The position numbers and the translations under genes are program-made. From sequence record NC_061445.1: a DNA stretch of 64,000 bases. One strand, 5' to 3'. The notes under the pieces were generated by a model. The model saw only the letters and a program-made list of their open reading frames with translations, did not search any database and had not been told where the DNA came from. Positions 7,925-17,875 of this stretch are shown in pieces (positions within the stretch are counted from its first letter, which is position 1; the number at the start of each line of letters is the position of its first letter).

Positions 7925-10804
7925 TTAACTATCCACTTCGTCAGGTTCCCAGCACAGGATAGGTCTGCGCCACACTTGGAATACACCGATAGGGTCTGCA
8001 CGACCTCCATCAATGAAGCAGTCCATAGTGCGTCCGCCTGAGTTCCCGCTCTGCATCAACGTTACAAGTCCTTCTGTCCATGACGCACGACCACCGGAGT
8101 CAGCTTCGAACAACCCTTCCCACACCATATCGAAAGCGCCTTTCCACGCATTGAAGTGATGTGATGAATAAGCACCGTCACCAACTGTACACAACACCAT
8201 GTACTGATAATCTTTCACACACGGAATGTTGTAGTTGTTACCACGAGGAACAGAAGTACCGTTAGCGTTGAAGATACACTCCCAGCCAGTACGGTCAGCA
8301 GAACCTGTAGTCAAGAACAGAGGACGACGAATGATCATCATGATTCCGTTCTCGGTACCGTTGTTACTAGATTTCTCGCAGTACGCATTGCAGCGCAGTG
8401 AGCGGTCAACAGTGAACGTGGTCGAGTTCGAGAAGTCACGGGTGTAGTAGTTCGATCCCCACTTAGGCAGATACTCTGCTGGTGGAACGAAGAAGTGACG
8501 TTCAGCGAGTTCAATCTCACCGTAACGGTCATAGGCAAACACGATGTACTCGTAGCCAGCATCAATTGGAATGTTATGGCCTTGAGTGCCTGGGCCGTTC
8601 CATTTCCAAACTACCTGCCAATCGTTTGAGTCACGCGTTGCTTCTTCGGTAATCAGATTGTATTTGCGTTCGTAGACGTGCCACACTTTCCCTTCTTCTG
8701 TGGTGTTGATATACAACGAGTTCGGGTCATTGATATTCCCGTTCTCAGTGCCGCAATAAATCTTATGCGACGCACCAGCAGAGTTGTAGATAGTGCCTGA
8801 CCCGATTGAACCGAACATATCCCAGTTCATCATCAGGTGAGAGGTACACATTTCGTTCTGGCCGCTACCATCAGAAGTCGTTATGAGATATTCGCACAAG
8901 TCTTTGAACGGATATTTAACGTAACGGTTGTTAGCACGGTTGACGACATGCACCCAGTCATGAGATTGAATCTTAGGCACAGGGAAGCATGGGTTAGTGA
9001 CGGACACGACGAAGGTCTTTGTCTCGTACATAGGCAGCTTCTTGAAACGATTATCTCTGATCGTTACAGTGTGCTCCATGCCCATTGTCGATGCACCGTC
9101 TTGACGGCCAAGCACTTTGTAGTACGACAGATGCGCACTCTTGGTGTTTTCGAACAGGCTGCTAATGCCCATGCTCATGTTACTCTCGCGGTCAGTGCCT
9201 GTCACATACGGATAACCGTTAGTGTCGAAGTCATAGCCGACAGAGAAGTAACTATCAGGGTCAGATGATTTAACGCCACGGTACATTTCATTCCATGCGT
9301 TACCTTCGCCCACACCTGGCTCACCAAACAGTGAGTACGCAGCGCGGTACACATACTGCGAACCAGCGTACACACGACTCGATGCACCGATGCGATACAT
9401 TGCAGCAGGCAGTCCGCCTTGCAAACGGTTAACGTCAGCAGTATCGTAAGACACGACATAGACGTAATGGTCAGTGCCGATAGCGTTCAGGTAAGCAGCA
9501 CACGCAGCAGCATTCGCAACGCCTGGGTTAGTTCCCTCAGCAGAAGCATGAATGTCGAACGTTCGGCGTTCAACCAGCGCAAGGTCAGACTTACGAATCT
9601 TGTAGACGTTCCAGCCACGACTATCAGTGTATCGTGTGCCATTGAAGATCGTGTACCCTGTATCGCCTGTATCAAGATAGCGCTGATAGCCTACAACGTG
9701 CGAGAAGATTCGGCTACGTGCTTGCAGTGACTGCGCGTTCTCATTCGACCAAGTGACAGACACATCACCGGCAGCCATACGGGCAGCCCAATCGTCAGGC
9801 TTGTACGGGTATGTCGTTACATCGAAGTTCACGCCATACGCATCACCGGGATTCACGCAGCAGTTATCACGATAGATGATTGCAGGGTCGAGCACAACAT
9901 CGTCAGGGATATCAACCTGTCCGCAATAGAACTGTTTCCACGTACCGGGCTGACCGCCAATCGTTCCCGGGCCGTTCTGCACTGTGCCTGTGAACTGATA
10001 TGCGGCAGAGAGTTCGTAGTTAATCTGGTTATGTAACTGAGCAACGTTAGTCCATGCGATGTGATTGCCAAACGCGTTGACGCTCTTAGCTTTCGCGTTC
10101 ACGGTAGACGCAACGTAGGCTTGACCGTTACTGCGAATGCCTAACGGGTTGAAGATAGCATTGAAGTTTACGTTACCTTCGAACGCACCTTTCTGCAACA
10201 CAATCAGGCTCACGCCGTTTCGATGCGCTTCACGCAAGGCATTGAGCATCGCTGTAGGCATACTCTGGTTAGTCGCAGACAGCAGCAGCATTACGCAACT
10301 GAACTGTTTGAAGTACCGGTAGTCGCCGTTGTAGCCGTAAGCACCAGCGTTAATCTCTTGCCAGCTATGCGCCAGCATGTCGAGAGGCATACGCTGCATG
10401 TAGCCTACAAGCTGTCCCCACGATTCCATCGCTGTGTCATCATTCACAGGCGCAAGGTCTGAGATGACGAGCATTGTGCTGCCCAGCGTGATGTTTGAGT
10501 TATAGCCGCGTTGCGTAAGCAGATGACGCAGCACACCCATGTTGTTAATGTTCTTATTGCGGTAGTTACCAAGCCAACCGTAGTTAGCATCTACCATAGG
10601 ACTTCCATCACGAATGAAGCGTCCATTCATGTAGACAGAGCCAAAGCCGCACACGTATGAGAGCGCATGACCGTCAACAACAAACGAAGTGAAGCGTGAG
10701 CTATCAACAGGCATTGCGTCTACTGCGGCAATAGATCCATCTCCAGGACTACCGCTGAATACGGGAGTAATGCCTCGCGCATATAAGCAACTTTGTTGCA
10801 GCAT
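7925..10804 (-). CDS. Large fibre/receptor-binding protein with an ILEI/PANDER (GG-type lectin)-like domain (959 aa)
   Basis: SRGWNV...RRTFDIH...AAYLNAI...VVSYD...MYRIGAS...RAAYSLFG matches the ILEI pattern; two C-terminal repeats. Confidence 0.7.
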   Translation of the reverse strand: MLQQSCLYARGITPVFSGSPGDGSIAAVDAMPVDSSRFTSFVVDGHALSYVCGFGSVYMNGRFIRDGSPMVDANYGWLGNYRNKNINNMGVLRHLLTQRGYNSNITLGSTMLVISDLAPVNDDTAMESWGQLVGYMQRMPLDMLAHSWQEINAGAYGYNGDYRYFKQFSCVMLLLSATNQSMPTAMLNALREAHRNGVSLIVLQKGAFEGNVNFNAIFNPLGIRSNGQAYVASTVNAKAKSVNAFGNHIAWTNVAQLHNQINYELSAAYQFTGTVQNGPGTIGGQPGTWKQFYCGQVDIPDDVVLDPAIIYRDNCCVNPGDAYGVNFDVTTYPYKPDDWAARMAAGDVSVTWSNENAQSLQARSRIFSHVVGYQRYLDTGDTGYTIFNGTRYTDSRGWNVYKIRKSDLALVERRTFDIHASAEGTNPGVANAAACAAYLNAIGTDHYVYVVSYDTADVNRLQGGLPAAMYRIGASSRVYAGSQYVYRAAYSLFGEPGVGEGNAWNEMYRGVKSSDPDSYFSVGYDFDTNGYPYVTGTDRESNMSMGISSLFENTKSAHLSYYKVLGRQDGASTMGMEHTVTIRDNRFKKLPMYETKTFVVSVTNPCFPVPKIQSHDWVHVVNRANNRYVKYPFKDLCEYLITTSDGSGQNEMCTSHLMMNWDMFGSIGSGTIYNSAGASHKIYCGTENGNINDPNSLYINTTEEGKVWHVYERKYNLITEEATRDSNDWQVVWKWNGPGTQGHNIPIDAGYEYIVFAYDRYGEIELAERHFFVPPAEYLPKWGSNYYTRDFSNSTTFTVDRSLRCNAYCEKSSNNGTENGIMMIIRRPLFLTTGSADRTGWECIFNANGTSVPRGNNYNIPCVKDYQYMVLCTVGDGAYSSHHFNAWKGAFDMVWEGLFEADSGGRASWTEGLVTLMQSGNSGGRTMDCFIDGGRADPIGVFQVWRRPILCWEPDEVDS

Positions 10805-10822
10805 GTTATGTCCTTAGATCGA

Positions 10823-10844
10823 GAATAGGGGCCGAAGCCCCTTT
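10823..10844 (-). terminator. Rho-independent terminator with a UUCG tetraloop
   Basis: GGGGC-TTCG-GCCCC-TATTCT. Confidence 0.7.
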
Positions 10845-10846
10845 CG

Positions 10847-12871
10847 TTAAGCAAATACTACGTTGGAAATGCTCAGGTAATCAAGATCGTTCGAGTCACC
10901 TCGGTCACCGCCACCTTGAACACGAAGCCAGATTTCTTGACCTGCAGGTATGTTCACATCAAACGTGAAATACTGATACACGCCACTACTGTTCCTCGGA
11001 CTCTGGGCAGCACCTTCACCGGCAGTGCGCTCGTAGATATCAATTGTGTGCCAACCACCGTTCTTGCCGTCATATACCCACGCGAAAGTGATCTGCTTGA
11101 TAGGTCGAGTGAAGAAGTTACCCCACTTGAACCAACCATTAACGCCACCCCAGATGTTCATGTAGTTTCCATCACGCGTCCATACTTGAGAAGCGTTAGG
11201 AGAACCTGTACCACGACCACCAGTCTGCTCCCATGCGTTAGGCTGCCACGGAAGTTCGTCTGAATCAGGAGGCTGTGCGTTACCACCTTCAATCGTCACA
11301 CAACGGTAAGGAACAGTGAAGTCACTCACGTTGATATGTGGCGGCTGAATAGGGCAGTACACGAAGTATGACCAATCGCATCCGATAGGTGCAGTCGCAC
11401 GAACTGTTATGTTAGAGCGGAGCACATGCTCAGGGTATTTCCAAAATTCGAGTGTGCCAGTACGTCCCGCAGCAACGATAGAAGTATCGAGTACGTTCAT
11501 GTCTTGGTCAAACACTTCGAACTTGGTATCAAACGAGTTCGCGGTACAAACAACAAGCTCGGCGCGAATGTCCGTCTGAGTTCCTAAAGCAAAATTATCT
11601 TCTGTGGTTGGATGACCGGCAGAGTAAACGCTGTAGCTCTGGCAAGGGTGCATGTATTCACGCGCACCACGTTCACCTGGGCAGTACAGGCTGTAGAAGC
11701 AACTCGCAAGTGAAGCAGCATTACCGAAGTCTTTGCTGACAACACGAACCATGATATCACACGCAACGTTTTGAGGGTCAAAGTAGAAGTACAAATAACC
11801 TTCGCCAGTACGTGCATCGAGCGTTGTCGCTATGCGGCGTCCAGACTGATAGACCTCAATGAAATCGAATGTTTCCCATGATGTGTAGTCGAGATACATC
11901 CAACCCGCTGTCCAACCGATGAAGTGATAGTATTCGAAAGCGTTAGCATTCTGAATACGTTCAGCGATAGGCCAGACAGTTGCGTGACACGGCGCTGGGA
12001 AGATTGGGCTGCCGATGTAGTCTGGATGAATGACGTCAGGGAAATTGATAACGTCATACGCAGCCTGACTATCAAGCGCCAACCCACCACGGTCAGACGG
12101 TGCTGCAAGACGTGGCGGATAGACTTCTAAGCTCCAGCCATAACCCTGCGTTGTACGCACACGAACCATGATGCGCATATCAGCAGCGTCAGGGTCGAAC
12201 TGGAATTTGATACGCGAACGCCCAGCGAGCTTGCCGCACGTAGAAGCAACACGCACACCCATGTGGTACACATCGACACTCGCACCAGCAGGCGCATACG
12301 ATGCGATCATGAGTTCAACGTAGCCCTCAATAGCAGGCATAGCGTAGTACGTTTCAGTGATGGTTGCACCACGTCCGTGTACAGACGCATAAGGCACGTT
12401 GGGGTTAGCATACGTTCCTAGTCCTGCGCGAGAAGCAACACCAGTAGGGTCGTATGATTCGATGGCCTTGATACCGGGTCGATTGATAGATCTACCAGTA
12501 GGAGGAGCAAAAGAGTTGACGAGGCCGAAGCCAGTACGACCAGCATCAGGCAAGTCAAACCCTGCAGGATAGCCTTTAAGGATATCGTACTTCTCACGAC
12601 CGCCACTCCCTATGCCATTGCCTGACCCTTTGGTTGTAGACGTCGGACCGCCACCACATGCACCAGTATCGAGATTAGAGCACGGGTCATCGTAAGTAGG
12701 GTCAAACGAGTCATCAATGTGATGCCAACGCTTGCCCCACTGATTACGCACACTGAATTTGTCTGGGCTTAATGGCGTCCAGTCTCCTTCATGTGTGCGT
12801 ATGAACATGGGCGTGTCCACACAGTCATGCCAACCGTTATTCGCAGCGTTACGAACGCGAAAACGAGACAT
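10847..12871 (-). CDS. Virion structural protein with three tandem beta-sandwich-like repeats (674 aa)
   Basis: Repeated E-x-Y...EVY..G.R(V/I)A(S/T)T...F.FDP...IMVRV units. Confidence 0.75.
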   Translation of the reverse strand: MSRFRVRNAANNGWHDCVDTPMFIRTHEGDWTPLSPDKFSVRNQWGKRWHHIDDSFDPTYDDPCSNLDTGACGGGPTSTTKGSGNGIGSGGREKYDILKGYPAGFDLPDAGRTGFGLVNSFAPPTGRSINRPGIKAIESYDPTGVASRAGLGTYANPNVPYASVHGRGATITETYYAMPAIEGYVELMIASYAPAGASVDVYHMGVRVASTCGKLAGRSRIKFQFDPDAADMRIMVRVRTTQGYGWSLEVYPPRLAAPSDRGGLALDSQAAYDVINFPDVIHPDYIGSPIFPAPCHATVWPIAERIQNANAFEYYHFIGWTAGWMYLDYTSWETFDFIEVYQSGRRIATTLDARTGEGYLYFYFDPQNVACDIMVRVVSKDFGNAASLASCFYSLYCPGERGAREYMHPCQSYSVYSAGHPTTEDNFALGTQTDIRAELVVCTANSFDTKFEVFDQDMNVLDTSIVAAGRTGTLEFWKYPEHVLRSNITVRATAPIGCDWSYFVYCPIQPPHINVSDFTVPYRCVTIEGGNAQPPDSDELPWQPNAWEQTGGRGTGSPNASQVWTRDGNYMNIWGGVNGWFKWGNFFTRPIKQITFAWVYDGKNGGWHTIDIYERTAGEGAAQSPRNSSGVYQYFTFDVNIPAGQEIWLRVQGGGDRGDSNDLDYLSISNVVFA

Positions 12872-12880
12872 GCTCTCTCC

Positions 12881-13372
12881 TTACGGTCTCACCCAGATTG
12901 CGCCGGGACTAACCTCTTGGTCGATTGACGGGTCAGTGTCTTGCACGAACACCTGTACTGTACCGGGATTGCCTGGGGCACCGGTCGGGCCAGTAGGACC
13001 AGTTGGGCCAGCAGGACCACGATTGCCAACGTAACCCTGTTTACCGGGAGGACCGTCAGTGCCACGAGGGCCCGGACAACCGTCAGTGCCTCGACGACCA
13101 TCAGTACCCATAAGACCGTCGATACCATCACGACCGGAAGGACCAACGCCACCAGCAGGACCGTAGCCGATGCTATGAATCGTTGGCAGACCCGAGATTT
13201 GCAGCTTGCCGATGTTCGGGATATTGATAGCAAGCAGACCAGTCAGTGCGTCGAAAGAACCAGATAACTGGCTATCGTCTTCTGACGTGTCTACCGTGAT
13301 GCCACCTTGAGTTGCTACGACAGGACCAGAGGCATTGGCCTTGACTAGCGATATATCAACTTTTTCTACCAC
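12881..13372 (-). CDS. Collagen-like fibre protein (163 aa)
   Basis: G-X-Y tract; shared N-terminal FD..TG.L...GLPT motif; C-terminal GAIWVRP. Confidence 0.8.
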   Translation of the reverse strand: MVEKVDISLVKANASGPVVATQGGITVDTSEDDSQLSGSFDALTGLLAINIPNIGKLQISGLPTIHSIGYGPAGGVGPSGRDGIDGLMGTDGRRGTDGCPGPRGTDGPPGKQGYVGNRGPAGPTGPTGPTGAPGNPGTVQVFVQDTDPSIDQEVSPGAIWVRP

Positions 13373-13381
13373 GTTGCCTCC

Positions 13382-14014
13382 TTATGGCCATGTGATGTTT
13401 TGATCTTTCGTAGGGTCTACCCATATCGTTCCGGCAGCTACGTTCCCAGGGTTAGTAGCACTGACGATGATAGACAGACGACCAGCAGGACCGGCGGGGC
13501 CAGTAGGGCCTGTAGGACCTGTGCTGCCAGTTGCGCCTGTAGGACCTGTACCGCCACGAGGACCAGTAGGGCCTGTAGGACCCATAGGACCAGTGCGACC
13601 ATCTGGCCCCGTAGGACCAACAGGACCCGGTAGACCATCACGACCGTCAGGGCCCGGGAGACCTTGCTCACCATCAGGCCCTATGCCACCATCACACCCA
13701 GGTTCTCCGGGAGCACCGTCTCGTCCATCGCGACCGTCTTTACCGTCAGCACCTGTCTCACCTCTACCGCCTTGACGCCCTTCCGGGATATCAGAAGCAG
13801 TAGGGAAACCGCCAACTTTCACTGTCTGACCGTTAGCAAACTTGAGCGTAAGAATACCCGAAGTAGCATCGAATGATGAATCAGCAGTGAGTTCTGACGG
13901 TACGTTTTCCTCAGATGGGTCTACTGTCAGAGTACCCAACGAAGCACGTACAGGAGTAGACGTAGACGAAGAACCTGCTTGAATGAGGCCAGTTTTTACT
14001 TTAATCAGACCCAT
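13382..14014 (-). CDS. Collagen-like fibre protein (210 aa)
   Basis: About 33 G-X-Y triplets; the same N- and C-terminal motifs. Confidence 0.8.
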   Translation of the reverse strand: MGLIKVKTGLIQAGSSSTSTPVRASLGTLTVDPSEENVPSELTADSSFDATSGILTLKFANGQTVKVGGFPTASDIPEGRQGGRGETGADGKDGRDGRDGAPGEPGCDGGIGPDGEQGLPGPDGRDGLPGPVGPTGPDGRTGPMGPTGPTGPRGGTGPTGATGSTGPTGPTGPAGPAGRLSIIVSATNPGNVAAGTIWVDPTKDQNITWP

Positions 14015-15456
14015 TAGTTTTTCTCCGCTTTCGCAACGATATCCGTGTTGTGTACGAGCACATCACCCACGAAATAACAGTCAAATGGATCGACGTCGAT
14101 ATCGACTGTCTGCACTTGATCATCAACGCGGCGCATCTCGTAAACAGCTTGCGGTCCTTTGCGGCCTAAAACAGTTTGTCCAACAGTTACATCACGCGCA
14201 GGAACATAACGCCATGCAATGCTATCGTAAATCAGAACAGGGTGTTCGTGCGTGAACTTCTGTCCATTGATAACATAGTAGTGGTCTTCTTGTCCATGAC
14301 GCAACGCAACAACGTTCGCATTCACAGGCTTGCCTTTGAGACTAGGTGATGACCACTGACGGAAGTTCTTAGGCTGATTCGACATGCCCAGCAGACTCTC
14401 ACCGACGCGAAGATCTTCGACTGCTTTAGGTCCTGTTAGCGTGTGAACTACAGAGCCATAAACGATACAGCCGGACGTCGATGTATTCAGCGGGTTGCGC
14501 ACAACAACGGTCAAAGCAGAGCGCACTGTAACAGTAGGACGAGAGGTCTGTCCCATGTCAGTTACGACACAGCTTATAGTGCCTTTGATTGTACGGTCAG
14601 CGCCTAATCCTACACGCAGATAGAAGTTAACAATGCACGTCGAGGTTGTTGTAGCTTGAAGCGTCACACCCTCAGTAGTTGTGATAGACCATTGATACTT
14701 ATACGGACCTAAACCACCACGAGCATTGACAGGCAGATACGCAAGCGATGTAAACACATCAGAGCCTTGCACTGTACGCTGACCTACCATGTACAGGCTT
14801 GACACTGACGCAGCAAGAGGTGTTATTGTTGGCAGAGGAGGTGCTGGCGTGACGTTGCTGGTGGGGTAGAGCCACACGAACACTCGACCGTCAGTAGGCT
14901 GAGTAGCAGACTGAACAGCAGTAGTGATTGGCGCAGGACCTGTAGGACCTGTAGCACCCGCTATACAGCTTGGACCGTCATTGCCGCGAGGACCGTCGAT
15001 GCCAGTTGGCCCCGTTGGACCGTCCGGGCCTGTAGGGCCAACAGGACCTTCACGTCCAGTATCGCCCGGAGGACCGTCTTCACCGTCACGTCCGGGATCA
15101 CCTACAGGTCCTGTCTTGCCTCTGTTACCTATTTTGCCTGGGCACCCATCAGGACCAGTAGGACCGTCTCGCCCATCACGACCATCTCTGCCGGGCGCAC
15201 CGGGAGCGCCTCGACGCCCCGGCTTGCCTGTTCCAAACATAGAGATAGTCGGAAGTCCGGGAACGTTTATCACATCCCCGTTCTTCTTGATGAATACCAA
15301 CACACCTGTCTTGCTGTTAAATCTTACGCTTGCGAGTTGCGTTAAAGTAGCAACGTCGGTCGACTCAAACTGCAAGCCCCCGTCAACGCCGACAACGGAT
15401 TTACCTTCGTCGTTAGCAGTTGTTTCGATTTGCGAAAGTTTTAACTGTGTTGTCAT
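14014..15456 (-). CDS. Collagen-like fibre protein with an Ig-like domain and a C-terminal Hint/intein domain (480 aa)
   Basis: G-X-Y tract, then a PYKYQWS..Ig-like segment, then C1-IVYGS...THEHP...VHN-T. Confidence 0.85.
   Translation of the reverse strand: MTTQLKLSQIETTANDEGKSVVGVDGGLQFESTDVATLTQLASVRFNSKTGVLVFIKKNGDVINVPGLPTISMFGTGKPGRRGAPGAPGRDGRDGRDGPTGPDGCPGKIGNRGKTGPVGDPGRDGEDGPPGDTGREGPVGPTGPDGPTGPTGIDGPRGNDGPSCIAGATGPTGPAPITTAVQSATQPTDGRVFVWLYPTSNVTPAPPLPTITPLAASVSSLYMVGQRTVQGSDVFTSLAYLPVNARGGLGPYKYQWSITTTEGVTLQATTTSTCIVNFYLRVGLGADRTIKGTISCVVTDMGQTSRPTVTVRSALTVVVRNPLNTSTSGCIVYGSVVHTLTGPKAVEDLRVGESLLGMSNQPKNFRQWSSPSLKGKPVNANVVALRHGQEDHYYVINGQKFTHEHPVLIYDSIAWRYVPARDVTVGQTVLGRKGPQAVYEMRRVDDQVQTVDIDVDPFDCYFVGDVLVHNTDIVAKAEKN
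14047..14469 (-). other. Mini-intein/Hint domain (141 aa, Cys330-Asn470), no homing endonuclease
   Basis: Block [22 protein letters not shown], block B T-x-x-H (THEHP), terminal His-Asn followed by a Thr +1 nucleophile. Confidence 0.85.
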
Positions 15457-17789
15457 TTCGGTTCAACCTTAATGCACAAGTTACCAGAGAGCGTTGACCC
15501 ATAGCTTGTGATTTGTGCGTTAGTCACACGAACCTTAGCGATGATATCAATGAAGCCCTGAGGTTGGTTCTCTTTCAACACGGTGAACATCTGCGTAATG
15601 CTTGCGTTCGAATACGCAATCACTTCTGTCAGGCTAGTGTCAGAAGTAACAACGTTGAAGCCCGCGCTGCCAGTACCTTTCAGACCACGACCGTATTCAG
15701 CTTCTGAGGTGCCCGGCACTTTGAACGACAGAACATATTCGATATGCTCTTTGCCGCTTGTCGGCGCGAACCCAGGGCCGAGTTGACACTGGAAGTCTGC
15801 GATACAAGTAAGCATCACACCTTTAGTGAACTCGATACGTTGAGTGATAATCAGTTCTTCCGAGTCATCAACGTTTTGCTGAATGTTGTACATGTTCTTC
15901 GGATCAGCTTCTTCGGCAAGCGCCTGAGTGTTACTGATCTTCAATTCAGGCCACGTACCTTCAATCTTAATGCCCTCACCCTGAATGATTTCAGGAGCAG
16001 CGATAGGCACGTCGATAGGCGGCAGACCCTGACGTTTGAACATGTAGCCTGTAGGCGTAGGGATAGCGTCGATGATAACACCATCAACAGAACTATCTTT
16101 CGACCCTACTGCCATTACGTTCTCGAAGATTGTGATCTCAACGAGTGTGTTAGCAGGGATAGGCGAGGTCGTTTTCAACGCGCTGCCAGCAACCGTGAAG
16201 TCTTGCGTGTGCACCGTCAGACCACTCATGGACACAACGCAGTGCGCTTTGTTCAGAGGCGTAGTTGGCAGAGCAAATGTATCAGCATCATAAGGGAAGC
16301 GATACTGAGCAACACGAATACGAGTAGACCAGTTGGCGCGTTCTTCATATCGAGCTACATAGAAAGTGTATTTCTGACCAGAAGGAATTGCTTCGGTCAA
16401 TGTGACACTGTTCCCGTTCGTGAGCTTGTACACGGTTGTAGGCTGCCACGTACTACCGACAACGCAGAACACCATGTCAACGCTCTCAATCGGTTTGTTA
16501 CCGAGTTTGAACTGAGCAGTTTGACCGTCACCAACACCTTCGTATGTTTCAAACAGGACAACGTGACCTTGCGACGGTTCAACACGGAACTGACGCATAT
16601 CAAGCTGCATACGCTGTTCAGGGTAAGACGAAAGCAGAAGCTGATCGTCCACAACGCTATACGCAGTGCGCGGCTGGAGAATGCCTGATGTACCAAGCAG
16701 CAAGTCAGTTGAGCTATCGAGAATCTCGGACAGCGTGTAACGTAACTTGTCAGGAGTTGCTGTAGTCACAACAGAGCTAAACAGCATCTTGCCTGGTGGA
16801 ACGAACAACGTTCCTGTAGTCTGACGAGTACCACCAGCAACAGGTCCCCAATACGGCCGCACGTCTTTGCCGCGATAGAGCGCCCACGATTCAGGCACAT
16901 CGTTGTTCAGCGGCCACGGGATACCGGCACTCGGAGTTGTTGGGTTAGTGATTCTGCGCCACACAGCAATCGACGTTTGAGCAGACACAAACGGAATAGC
17001 ATCGTCCATATTGACGAGCTGACCATTCGTGTATTTGAAGTGACGACAAGCACCTGCGCCTGTTCCAGAGATTGTCTGGACGAGCACAACTTCATTCGCC
17101 TTCAACATCGAGAGGCTTGCGATCTTGAACGTGTTGGCATTGATGAATCCAGCAGAAGTAATCTGTCCGCTAAAGATTCGGTCATGCTCGCTGAATGCCC
17201 AGTAGTATGAGCCAGCACCGTAGCGATACGCAGTACCCGGAGAGCGTGTGCCGTCAGAGTTAACGTGCATATCAAGTACGGACACAGCGTTGAACACGTT
17301 GTCGCTCAAGCTAGGCAGATTCTGGAGAGTTGCCACGCTCGGAATCGAGGTGTAGTCTGCCATTTTCACAGCAAGAATCTTTTGGATGTCCTGCTGGATG
17401 TGTACAAGCAAGCTAACACGGCTGATAGAGTTCGGTACAGCGATGATAGGCTCTTCCAGAACAACGTGACCAAACGGTCTGTTGTCAGAGAGCATAATCA
17501 GTATCTCACCAACTCGTTTCAGCGCTTCACCCGCCAAATATTTGACTTTAATATCGAAGACAAATCGGGCACTGTTCTCGGTAAGAACCTGAACGTAAGA
17601 CAATGCACCCGACGCAAGCTCGCTGCCAAGTAACTGCTCTGGAACCACAGACGGGTTAGAGCCAACAAAGTCACCTGCTTTGAATGCTACTGGAGCTATG
17701 GCAAGTCCACCAGCATTCGCGTTCGCAACGGCCTGTTCTCCCTGAGGCGTTAATCGCAGCGCGTTAACGTAGATAGATTCAGTGGCCAT
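15453..17789 (-). CDS. Baseplate wedge/fibre-attachment protein with a tail-collar-fibre-like N-terminus (~778 aa)
   Basis: LRLTPQGEQAVANA..GG..I...AFKAGD N-terminus and internal GDGQTAQF-type repeats. The RBS favours ATG 17789 over the track start TTG 17792. Confidence 0.65.
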   Translation of the reverse strand: MATESIYVNALRLTPQGEQAVANANAGGLAIAPVAFKAGDFVGSNPSVVPEQLLGSELASGALSYVQVLTENSARFVFDIKVKYLAGEALKRVGEILIMLSDNRPFGHVVLEEPIIAVPNSISRVSLLVHIQQDIQKILAVKMADYTSIPSVATLQNLPSLSDNVFNAVSVLDMHVNSDGTRSPGTAYRYGAGSYYWAFSEHDRIFSGQITSAGFINANTFKIASLSMLKANEVVLVQTISGTGAGACRHFKYTNGQLVNMDDAIPFVSAQTSIAVWRRITNPTTPSAGIPWPLNNDVPESWALYRGKDVRPYWGPVAGGTRQTTGTLFVPPGKMLFSSVVTTATPDKLRYTLSEILDSSTDLLLGTSGILQPRTAYSVVDDQLLLSSYPEQRMQLDMRQFRVEPSQGHVVLFETYEGVGDGQTAQFKLGNKPIESVDMVFCVVGSTWQPTTVYKLTNGNSVTLTEAIPSGQKYTFYVARYEERANWSTRIRVAQYRFPYDADTFALPTTPLNKAHCVVSMSGLTVHTQDFTVAGSALKTTSPIPANTLVEITIFENVMAVGSKDSSVDGVIIDAIPTPTGYMFKRQGLPPIDVPIAAPEIIQGEGIKIEGTWPELKISNTQALAEEADPKNMYNIQQNVDDSEELIITQRIEFTKGVMLTCIADFQCQLGPGFAPTSGKEHIEYVLSFKVPGTSEAEYGRGLKGTGSAGFNVVTSDTSLTEVIAYSNASITQMFTVLKENQPQGFIDIIAKVRVTNAQITSYGSTLSGNLCIKVEPK

Positions 17790-17818
17790 CAAAGAACTCC
17801 TTGGGTTTTAACTCTCAT

Positions 17819-17825
17819 AAATTAC
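17819..17825 (-). promoter_or_regulatory. Putative late-promoter variant GTAATTT
   Basis: Lies between a terminator and the next start, the same arrangement as other copies. Confidence 0.4.
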
Positions 17826-17833
17826 GATAAAAC

Positions 17834-17872
17834 AAAAAGGGAGCCAGGAACATATAGCTCCGGACTCCCTTT
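17834..17872 (-). terminator. Rho-independent terminator
   Basis: GGGAG...CTCCC stem followed by TTTTT. Confidence 0.7.
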
Positions 17873-17875
17873 ATT

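Noticed and set aside
12941-15472. Plus-strand Pro/Gly-rich ORFs over the collagen genes
   Set aside because: Antisense shadows of the GGN-CCN-ACN triplets.
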